Source of the DNA: Paramicrosporidium saccamoebae KSL3
Taxonomy: Eukaryota > Fungi > Cryptomycota
DNA length: 20,911 bases
NCBI GenBank assembly: GCA_002794465.1
Contig: MTSL01000141.1
Location: 10,339-31,249, forward strand
Direction of reading: 5' to 3'
Shown here: positions 1 to 7,583 of the stretch, piece after piece
Position numbering within the stretch: position 1 is the stretch's first letter
Layout: every line of letters starts with the position of its first letter
Notes under the pieces: generated by a model
What the model saw: only the letters and a program-made list of their open reading frames with translations
What the model was told of the DNA's origin: nothing
The model's database searches: none
Position numbers and translations under genes: made by a program

Positions 1-134
1 TTGAGATGTTGGACAAGTATGGCCATGAGGATCCCAATTGGAATTTGAGTGCAGATATCATTCATGCTTCCGTCAGTAATGGACATCTATGTGTTAGTGA
101 ATGGGCCCTTAGAAGGAACGGCTCGCAAATCTGA
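1..134 (+). pseudogene. 3' part of a possible ankyrin-like repeat gene or degenerate relic entering from the left edge
   Basis: Frame 3 reads EMLDKYGHEDPNWNLSADIIHASVSNGHLCVSEWALRRNGSQI then TGA (132-134). ASVSNGHLCVSEWAL..NG resembles the A..NGHL.V..WL..NG ankyrin-like repeat. The same frame resumes past two stops with YLKTALSKKLKTLMLLYKYCGSDP. Only one repeat is visible. Confidence 0.3.
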
Positions 135-472
135 CAGTACCGGGGCATTGTTAGTTTCAAAGTAAGTCGAGTGCTTGAGTCACAATAAAATCCATTATAT
201 CTAAAAACTGCTCTCAGTAAAAAGTTGAAAACTCTAATGCTGTTATACAAATACTGCGGCTCGGATCCAAGGATCCCCAAGAGCCTCAGCGATTGGAGAG
301 GCCAAAACGAAAAATTGTCTATAGCTTCCCCACACGATAACTGTAGCAGAACAAGTTACCTACTCTTACAAAATGCCCAACCGAGACATCCACCCGCTTC
401 TCGACCCTAACCCCACCTATCCATCTACCAATGTGCCCATTTGCCCACGCTCATAATCATGGATTAGTCAGT

Positions 473-3035
473 TTATTTGGGGACGGCACAGTATTTGCCA
501 TGGTCAAAGCCATTCCGTCGTTTATGATATCCAGAGAAATCAAGCACCATGGCCAAGGGAGATTCACCCTTTTCCTCCTTCTGCAGCTGTAACAGCAGCT
601 CATCCAAGTCTCCTTGGAATTGTCGCGCAGCATGTTGGAACGACGCCCGTCGCTCAGCAAGCAATTTGAGTTGCTGTGTGGAAAAGGACTCGAGGATGGC
701 CTCATCCTCCGCCAGAATGCTCCAGGAGCCGGACCGCAATCGGGCCACATTGCTTTGACGGCGTTCATGTTCTGACAACAGGGCAATATAATGTTCGTAG
801 GAACGCACCACTGTCTCTGACTTGAGTAACACACTGAGGACGGCAGCAAGTTTGGCCTTGATGGTTTGGTTATAAAAGATGAACAGATCGTTGCGCAGCT
901 CAGCCAATAGCCGATCGTGGGCTGAGATGTAATAATCTAAACCAGAGGTGGCAGCCTCGGGTTTGTCGAGGAGAAGGAATAATTGGTCCCAGCATTTGTG
1001 GACCACGGCGGTGGCATATTCACAAGTCTTTCGAGCAAAAGAGGCGCCTTCAAGAAGGAATAATTGCAATCTCTTGAGATCGACGCTGAATTCGCGATTC
1101 TTTACTGCAACACGTTGCATGGCATTTACGCGTGCCCAACAATTAGTGGTGGAATAATAGACACGACGCAAACTCCACAAGAAATGTGATACGTTTCCAT
1201 GCTGGGCCATGGCAGGGGGCGTGAGGATGACATCCAAAGGAAAATCAACGCGGTACTCCAGGGTAAAGACGTCCCATCCTGTGTGTTTGGGACTGGTGGC
1301 CTCGTGTAATCGCACATCCATACGTTCCCGAATGTCCGCAGGCGCAGCATCACGTGGTAGAGACAGCAGCGCCTGATCCAGACAGCTAACCAAGGCATGG
1401 CGGAACATGGATGCTGCCGGTTTGGCCAAATGAGCACTTGAAAACTCTATCAATGCAGAGGCAAAATCACCCCGTCCAAAGTATATGAAATCGCGTACTG
1501 CCCGTAAGTGCGATCGCATCGAATATTTTTCCGTCAATAAATGCGACAGTTGTTGACAGGCCAACTGGTGTTCCTTTTTTATCAACGCGACAATATCCTC
1601 AGTCTGACCAACGGCATTTTCCAATCCCATCTCTCCCCCTGTCTCTACCTCCAAGTCCATGGCATCAGCATCGGCAAAGGCGGCCAGGAAAGATCGCGTC
1701 TTTCCCGCCAGTAGGGCCTTTGCTGCCAAATTGGGACTGATGACGGTTGGTAGTCGGTCCAAAACAATGGTATGACTGGTGGCCCAGGACTCGGAGGGCG
1801 TCCGATTCTGTTGGACGAAAAACTCGTGATGTGGATCCTGCAGATTTCCATAACGAACAAACTCTATCAACGTCGCATAGAATGGACGCAAAGCTTCCCC
1901 CGCCAATACAGAGGCAATGGAGGAAATGTCAGCATTCCCATGTGACAAATATTTGTGCACGGCTGTAATCAATGGGCCGCCATGCAAATCCTGGCACTCG
2001 CGAAGTAAGGAATCCAGAAAATGCATTCGAGTCTGGGTCTCACTAAACCAGGCCAATGTCTTTCGCAGAGTCATAGTGCTGCCCTCTGTACTACCGGTGG
2101 CACTGGCCACTGTGGCCTCAAAACAGGCGACTGTCTTTAGATACTCTCGCAACACTGTCTCTACGGCCCGGAACAGACTCTGCCGCACTGTGCCTGTCGT
2201 CTTGGCAAAATATGTGATGGATTTGCGGATTCGATAACATAGCGTTCCGCATTCGGCAATTTTGTCGACAAGCTGGCGCACCGACTCGGACACTTTGACA
2301 TTGGATGTCAGACTCATTTTCATGGTCCGTTCGTCCATTCGGATCAGACTGCCATCCATTCCCTGTAACGCAAACACCAAATCCCGCAATAACATTTGTT
2401 CCGATATCCCCGTTGACTCTATTACAATTAGTACTCCCTCCTGTCCTACTGGTCTTGAGCTCCTGATACTGTTTCCAATACTCAGCCTGCGGCTTGTCGT
2501 CCAACACCAATGACCGCTCAAAATGAACAGTGATCGGCGGATGGAATGCGGGTAATGGCGGCCCCGACAGAATCTCTGCCATCCGTGCCGAGTTGCTTCC
2601 CTTTCCATTCTTCTCTGCCAGACGCAGCAGGAAATACAGCATAGACCATAGCTTCCGACTTGGATACTAGTCATCAGTATGCAGGAAAGAGTACATTGCG
2701 CTGCAAATCACCCAAAAGTTGTGTAAATTTCACTGCCTTTTCTGTGCCGTCTCTTCCTGCTCGCGCCAGACGCTTCTTAATCGTCTCCCCCACTGCCTCT
2801 TCATTTGCAATATTTGTTGCTGGTGCCATTGAACTAGTCATAAGCAATATCCCCCATTGTACCTTCCCAACAGGGAATCAGCCAGCATCAGCAGTGCCGT
2901 CTCATTCCGTGACCATTCTGACGCCGGTACTTGCGCAAGCAGCAAATAGCGTCTCACCAGACTGCACAGCAGTTGGTCCCGGTCCGATTGTACCGCACTT
3001 TCAACGGGCGGATGGAGCACAGCGCGCGCCAACAT
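473..3035 (-). CDS. SPC98: Gamma-tubulin complex component 3 (GCP3/Spc98), 4 exons, 824 aa as modelled
   Basis: Model: ATG at 3035, introns 2834-2862, 2667-2694 and 2419-2449, TAA at 473-475. The spliced N-terminus LLGSSMAPATNIANEEAVGETIKKRL...KFTQLLGDLQRNYPSRKLWSMLYFLLRLAE matches the GCP3 N-terminal helical (MZT1-binding) region. It is followed by GRIP1 (ISEQMLLRDLVFALQGMDG), GRIP2 (HLRAVRDFIYFGRGDFA, GWDVFTLEYRVDFPLDVI) and C-terminal LDFSGYHKRR. The first ~85 aa of the listed 733-aa ORF are out of frame with the real N-terminus. Confidence 0.93.
2419..2449 (-). other. Spliceosomal micro-intron, 31 nt (GCP3 intron 3)
   Basis: Sense sequence gtaggacaggagggagtactaattgtaatag, with a TACTAAT branch-like motif. 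Removal joins the 2118..2642 frame to the 473..2674 frame (KTK-STGISEQ). Confidence 0.85.
2667..2694 (-). other. Spliceosomal micro-intron, 28 nt (GCP3 intron 2)
   Basis: Sense sequence gtactctttcctgcatactgatgactag, with a TACTGAT branch-like motif. Removal gives DLQRN-YPSRKLWSML in frame. Confidence 0.85.
2834..2862 (-). other. Spliceosomal micro-intron, 29 nt (GCP3 intron 1)
   Basis: Sense sequence gtacaatgggggatattgcttatgactag. Removal gives SLLG-SSMAPAT in frame and bypasses the TGA that ends ORF 2838..3089. Confidence 0.85.
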
Positions 3036-3096
3036 TGCTCTTTTTCTATTGGCCGTCCGTCTTATGGGCTTTGTGTCCCAACAGAACACTCCCCGT

Positions 3097-4056
3097 ATGC
3101 TCTATTTGTTCTTCAGGATTGTCGTTCTGGCAAGTCTCTTTGGGAGTCTGTTGACGGCAAAGAGGACCCTACAAGTGGAGCAGATCATGCCACCCAATGG
3201 AGCCCTATTGAAGCCGTTTCTTGTGCCACGCACCGTGGGCAGTGATTCGCATCAAAACATCCAGGACTTTGTTCGACAGCACTTTCAGGCCCTTGGCTGG
3301 CATTTTGAGACTGATCGGTTCCAGAGAGACACTGTTATTGGGAAAAAAGTATTTACAAATCTCATCGCCACTGCTAATCCCTTCGCCAAACAACGCATCA
3401 TTCTGTGTGCGCATTATGACTCAAAGATTGATTTTATGGACGGCTCGCAGAAAGTGACCAATTTTGTGGGTGCAACCGACTCGGCATGGCCTTGTGCCCT
3501 GTTGCTTGAACTGGCTGCATCGCTTCCCCGTGGTTCAGATGATCTGACCATTCAAATGGTATTCTTTGACGGCGAAGAGAGTTTTCTGGATTGGAGCCGA
3601 TCCGACTCTCTTTATGGCGCAAACCACTTGGCCCATGTATGGTCCGGTTCGGCTCAATCCCATCAGCGTCTCGACAAGATCAAGTACATGATGCTTCTGG
3701 ACCTCCTAGGCGCACCGTCTCCAAAGTTCTACAGCTTCTTCCAGGACACTGCGCCTGTGTTTCAGAAACTCGCCCTTGCTGAATCTGACGCACGGAGAAA
3801 AGGTCTTTTACGAACGCCAAGACGTCTCTTTATCACTGAACAGTCCATTATGGGCCGGCAGCACGGTCACTATTACGTAGAAGATGATCATGTGCCCTTC
3901 TCCATGCGCAATGTGCCAATCGTCCACATCATTCCCACCCCGTTCCCCTCCGTCTGGCACAAGAAGCACGATGATGTCACAGCCCTCGATCCAGACACTT
4001 GCCACGATCTGGCCTTGATCATCCATACCGTCATCCACCGTGAACTGGCCGCTTGA
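3097..4056 (+). CDS. QPCT: Glutaminyl-peptide cyclotransferase (peptidase M28 family, QC-like) with N-terminal signal/anchor
   Basis: Motifs AHYDSK, GATDSAWPC, FFDGEES, LYGANHLA, LLDLLG, EDDHVPF and PFPSVWH are present, so the Zn-ligand D/E/H are intact. The ATG at 3097 gives the hydrophobic leader MLYLFFRIVVLASLFGSLLTA. An upstream in-frame ATG at 3064 is an alternative start. Confidence 0.9.
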   Translation: MLYLFFRIVVLASLFGSLLTAKRTLQVEQIMPPNGALLKPFLVPRTVGSDSHQNIQDFVRQHFQALGWHFETDRFQRDTVIGKKVFTNLIATANPFAKQRIILCAHYDSKIDFMDGSQKVTNFVGATDSAWPCALLLELAASLPRGSDDLTIQMVFFDGEESFLDWSRSDSLYGANHLAHVWSGSAQSHQRLDKIKYMMLLDLLGAPSPKFYSFFQDTAPVFQKLALAESDARRKGLLRTPRRLFITEQSIMGRQHGHYYVEDDHVPFSMRNVPIVHIIPTPFPSVWHKKHDDVTALDPDTCHDLALIIHTVIHRELAA

Positions 4057-4230
4057 AAGTTGTTTACAATGATCGTTTAAAGTGCTCACATACAGCAGCT
4101 ACTTGGAATAATCGCTTGGGATGGTTGGTTAAGATGATCGCGTACAACAATTGCTTAATATGTTCTCACACAATAACTGCGTAAGATGATCACTTAAATC
4201 CCCACGAATTAAGAATAATTCATTTGTATC

Positions 4231-5146
4231 ATGTCGGCTGTTTCGGCCTACTTTGCCGGAGATTATGTCGCGTGTTGCAGTGTGGCAGCAACAGAGTCCT
4301 CCACAGGCGTCGTTCGGTCCGTATGGTTCCGGGCCTGTGTGCAATGTGGTCGACATTCCGAGGCCCGGAGTCTGGCCAAGGGCAACGGCGCTCTTGACGC
4401 TGCCCTCCTGTTGTATTTGGACGCATTTCCATTACGCCACGACAAGCAAGCCAATTGGACTGACATTACGAGTCGTGCCGAAAAGGTTGGCTCTTTGGAA
4501 GGCGACCGGGACGAGGTGGCAGTCATCCTGTCCATTATCCACTCGTGGGCTGATCAGCTCGAGGACGCCTACCGTCTCGCATCCCAGTCCTCTTCCTTAG
4601 AGGCACAATTACTGACAGTGGCTTACTTGGCAATGATTAACCGGTTCGACTTGGCTGAGAGACGTCTTGAAAAGCTAAAGAATGCCCACGTAGACAATCT
4701 CGCCTTTCAATTAGTGGAGGCCGAGGTGGCTCTTCGCAGGGTATGTTGTTGTCCCCAAAGAATTAAGGTTGTAGGGTGGGGTTCATGCAAAGGACGCATT
4801 GTACATTTATCAAGAACTGGTGCAAATGTACGGTCGCACCCCAAAGCTGTTGAACGGCCAAGCTGCTGCTTGTCTCCTTGCTGACCGCCTCTCTGATGCT
4901 GAGGCACTTATCCTGGAAGTTCTCGAGCAAGTACCAAAGTCATCCTTGTCATAATTTTAGAATCCGCACGACTCGATGGCCCTGAGTCATTTGATCAACC
5001 TTTCAATTGCCCGTGGCTCTGGCGTGCATCTGGTCAATGATCAACTCGCCCGATTGGCGGCCGCTGATAAGAAGGCACCGTTTCTAAAGCTGCTGGAAGA
5101 ATATGCGGTTGATTTTGAACGGACCGCCGCTAAACTTGCCATGTAA
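4231..5146 (+). CDS. COPE: Coatomer subunit epsilon (epsilon-COP/Sec28), 3 exons, 283 aa as modelled
   Basis: Introns at 4741-4774 and 4931-4960. The spliced product contains SAYFAGDYVACC, LEAQLLTVAYLAMINRFDLAERRL, QLVEAEVALRRGGVHAKDALYIYQEL, LLNGQAAACLLADRLSDAEALILEVLEQNPHD and PFLKLLEEYAVDFER, each matching the corresponding epsilon-COP TPR segment. Stop TAA at 5144-5146. Confidence 0.9.
4741..4774 (+). other. Spliceosomal micro-intron, 34 nt (COPE intron 1)
   Basis: Sequence gtatgttgttgtccccaaagaattaaggttgtag, phase 0. Removal restores ALRR-GGVHAKDALYIYQE. Confidence 0.88.
4931..4960 (+). other. Spliceosomal micro-intron, 30 nt (COPE intron 2)
   Basis: Sequence gtaccaaagtcatccttgtcataattttag, phase 0. 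It contains an in-frame TAA, so it must be spliced. Confidence 0.88.
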
Positions 5147-5181
5147 CTTGTATATTGAATAAATCTTTTCCGATTCTGTCC

Positions 5182-5829
5182 ATGAAGGGTCAGAGCATTA
5201 ATTATGCTGCCATGTTGGGACTACTGAAGGGGATTAGGCGGCCTTATTTGTATCTTCCCTCCTGTTCAGCGCCAGGTAAATGAGCGTAGACTCCCTCATC
5301 TATAGACATACGGTGGATTGACTTTGCCGCATTGCGGGCTGCCGGATTCAAGGCCATTTGTTTTGACAAGGATAACACTCTCACCCTCCCTTACCAGACC
5401 ACCCTCCATCCCCCCCTTAAAGAATCGCTGGAAGAATGTAAACGCCATTTTGAGCAAATAGCAGTCCTCTCCAACTCGGCCGGTGGTCCCGACGATACTG
5501 ACCATCTCCACGCTCGTCAGCTCGAGGAATCGCTCGGCTTGCCGATCATCCGTCATCGGTGGAAAAAGCCCATGTGCTCTGCAGAGATTGCCAAGACGTT
5601 GGGAACTAATGCGTTGCAGACTGTGATGGTGGGTGACCGATTGGCAACGGATGTGTGGATGGCTAACGAGGCGGGGATGCTTTCCATCCATACAAAAATG
5701 CTCTCCTCCAAAGACGACAATCCCAATGCCGTCAAGCTGCGTCAGTTGGAGAATTGGATTTTGGAGAGGCTGGGACGATCGTACACTCGTCCAGATCTGC
5801 AATCTCGATTTATTAAGACCAAAATATAA
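5182..5829 (+). CDS. GEP4: Mitochondrial phosphatidylglycerophosphatase Gep4-like (HAD/YqeG family), 2 exons, 205 aa as modelled
   Basis: ATG at 5182, intron 5276-5305. The spliced start MKGQSINYAAMLGLLKGIRRPYLYLPSCSAPDIRWIDFAALRAAGFKAICFDKDNTLT is typical of Gep4. HAD motifs DKDNT, SNSAG, KKP and VGDRLATDV are present. Confidence 0.9.
5276..5305 (+). other. Spliceosomal micro-intron, 30 nt (GEP4)
   Basis: Sequence gtaaatgagcgtagactccctcatctatag, containing an in-frame TGA. Removal gives SAP-D-IRWIDF. Confidence 0.88.
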
Positions 5830-5858
5830 GTACATTTGCAACCCGACTGATTGTGTGA

Positions 5859-5898
5859 TTTGGAACTGCGTGTTTGGTTTTGGAACTGCGTGTTGGGT
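5859..5898. repeat. 20-bp tandem duplication (2 copies, 1 mismatch)
   Basis: tttggaactgcgtgtttggt (5859-5878) is followed directly by tttggaactgcgtgttgggt (5879-5898). Confidence 0.9.
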
Positions 5899-6689
5899 CA
5901 TGAAACATGCTTTCGAATTTGAATTAATCGTCGATCTATAGCCTTTACTTGCTCAGCATCAATCCGGCTGGCATTCTCTAACAACTCTTTAATTCGAGGT
6001 AGTTCTTCGAGAGAGCTGGGACACTTTTCTTGTAAATAAGCATCCATACTTGGAGAATCACAAGCCATCTTCAAGGCGCAACCCGCCAATGTCGCTGGTT
6101 TGTACAATAGCAGGGCATCGGTTGCGCAAATCCGATCCAACATCTTTCCAGCTTCCATAGGCATTTCAGCACTGAAATCACCCGTTCCTCCAATTTTGTA
6201 GTCCAGCAATAGTCCTGCCAACGGTGTTGCCGGCGCAAAGAAATTAATTTGGTACTCCAAGGCAGCCAGCAGGACAAATTCCATCTCCCCCAACCATTCA
6301 ACGTTGGTGTTTGGTATCTTTCCTGCGAAATCGCTCATCCCCAAATGCAGATTCTCGCACTTTGTGGCCAACCAGACACAGCAAAGCATAGTGTGCTTTG
6401 GGTCGTGAGTGAGCCAGCTGTGACGGAGGGTCAGACGTGTAAGCAGCCAGTGAGCAGTGGCGGCCACGGAGGGAGGGAACTTGAAATAGCGGCAGAGCTC
6501 GGGGATCTTTAGACGATAGAATTGGAGGAGTGCAGATTCCTCAGCGGCCGTTGGCGGTTCCAGGTCAGCAGGGAGCAGAGCCTTTATTCCAGCGACGGCC
6601 TCTTGGTTCACTGCATGTCTTAATTCGGCCACCTTTTCCCTCGTATAAATGCAGTGCCTATTATGATGAGACCGACTGAAGTAGTCCAT
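5898..6689 (-). CDS. CCNH: Cyclin H / Ccl1 (TFIIH CAK cyclin), 263 aa
   Basis: The true start is probably MDYFSRSHHNRHCIYTREKVAELR (ATG at 6689), matching the cyclin H N-terminus. Cyclin box: EESALLQFY...FPPSVAATAHWLLTRL...HDPKHTMLCCVWLATKCEN, then EMEFVLLAALEYQI. The 98-aa upstream extension in the ORF track overlaps the antisense CCDC90-like gene. Confidence 0.88.
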   Translation of the reverse strand: MDYFSRSHHNRHCIYTREKVAELRHAVNQEAVAGIKALLPADLEPPTAAEESALLQFYRLKIPELCRYFKFPPSVAATAHWLLTRLTLRHSWLTHDPKHTMLCCVWLATKCENLHLGMSDFAGKIPNTNVEWLGEMEFVLLAALEYQINFFAPATPLAGLLLDYKIGGTGDFSAEMPMEAGKMLDRICATDALLLYKPATLAGCALKMACDSPSMDAYLQEKCPSSLEELPRIKELLENASRIDAEQVKAIDRRLIQIRKHVS

Positions 6690-6720
6690 CAAGGGAGCCC
6701 TTGCCAACTGCCCTCCATAT
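6690..6720. promoter_or_regulatory. 31-bp head-to-head interval between the cyclin H and DUF1640 start codons
   Basis: Sequence caagggagcccttgccaactgccctccatat. It contains the inverted repeat caaggg-ag-cccttg (6690-6703). Regulatory function is inferred from position only. Confidence 0.55.
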
Positions 6721-7309
6721 ATGGGACGGGCGCCAAAGGTCTGCTTTGACACCAATCTGTTTGTAAAGCGCGTACAAGATGCAGGTCTCACCACTGAAAC
6801 CTCCTCAAAGCTGTCGTCGCTTCTCAGTAAGACTCTATCCGACTCCATAGAAGAAATTTCCTCTTCTGTAGTGACCCGCTCCGATTTGAACAAGGTATAC
6901 ATTCTACCCGCCCTTCTTTGACCGACAGGAACTTTGTGATTTGAGCGTAGAGCTGAGCAAATTAAAGAGTGAATTACAATCACGACACAGCCAGACTTTG
7001 CAGTCTGGAAAAAGCTCCATGGAGAAACTTTTGGGAGACCTTCGAACCAACCGACAGCGTTCCCGTGACACTCTCAACTCAATCCGATCAGAGATGCGTC
7101 TAGAAGTAAATTTGGAGCGTGGACGACAACGGGATGCTGCCCTAGTAGCAGCATTGCGGTTCCAAGACTTAAAGACGAGAGTGGACGCAGAAGTGGGCAA
7201 TGCACATGCTGCATTAGCCAAGCTGCGTCATGATATTTTCTACTCATTGACGGGATTTCTATTTACCAGCGTTGCAGCCCTCTTTGGATTCCTTCGCCTG
7301 ACTTCCTAG
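6721..7309 (+). CDS. DUF1640 / CCDC90-MCUR1-Fmp32-like coiled-coil membrane protein, 2 exons, 184 aa as modelled
   Basis: Exon 1 is 6721-6894 (FDTNLFVKRVQDAGL, the family FDT motif), intron 6895-6928, exon 2 is 6929-7309. Exon 2 encodes a coiled coil (IRSEMRLEVNLERGR, LKTRVDAEVGN) and a C-terminal TM (IFYSLTGFLFTSVAALFGFLRL). Confidence 0.85.
6895..6928 (+). other. Spliceosomal micro-intron, 34 nt (DUF1640 gene)
   Basis: Sequence gtatacattctacccgcccttctttgaccgacag, with a TTTGAC branch-like motif. Removal joins ORFs 6721..6921 and 6941..7309 in frame. Confidence 0.88.
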
Positions 7310-7445
7310 ATTATTGTGTATAGGCTTGGAGAGTTTCGACAAATACTGTATAATAATAACAATGTACAAGTTACTATATCTAGTTGGTATTGGGCCGATC
7401 GTGAATCTCACTAGCAAATTCTTTCCACCCTACCACACTGGAATT

Positions 7446-7547
7446 CAAATCACTTCACTACACTGAAATGATTTACATTGCACGTCACGTCAGGTCACTA
7501 CGCTACACTGTACTACTCTATTCACTACACATACTGTAACTAAACTA
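7446..7547. repeat. Degenerate pentanucleotide (CACTN-like) microsatellite upstream of NOG2
   Basis: In-phase 5-mers from 7446: caaat cactt cacta cactg aaatg attta cattg cacgt cacgt caggt cacta cgcta cactg tacta ctcta, then after a small indel cacta caca tactg taacta aacta. Confidence 0.75.
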
Positions 7548-7583
7548 TTTTACTATCAACCCCGTTTTAACCGGGGCTTAGAA

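Noticed and set aside
402-413. ccctaacccc, a telomere-like repeat
   Set aside because: Only one and a half units in a C-rich 3' region; no array.
2420-2674. N-terminal ~85 aa of the listed 733-aa GCP3 ORF (MTSIQVGSYG...)
   Set aside because: Wrong frame. The homologous N-terminus is recovered only by splicing three introns up to ATG 3035.
4130-4191. taagatgatc repeated at 4130 and 4182, a possible C/D snoRNA
   Set aside because: Not a full RUGAUGA box, with no matching CUGA D box or terminal stem. A 10-bp repeat alone is weak.
5296-5901. 201-aa antisense ORF opposite GEP4, and similar shadow ORFs (8079..8810, 16307..16768, 20434..20802, 11969..12373)
   Set aside because: They mirror well-supported genes on the other strand and show no recognisable motifs.
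6690-6983. 98-aa N-terminal extension of cyclin H
   Set aside because: It overlaps the spliced DUF1640 gene antisense, and cyclin H similarity begins at Met 6689.
7446-7547. CACTA transposon terminus or CRISPR-like array
   Set aside because: CACTA occurs as internal tandem units with no matching TAGTG end, TIR or transposase. There are no spacers, and the context is eukaryotic.
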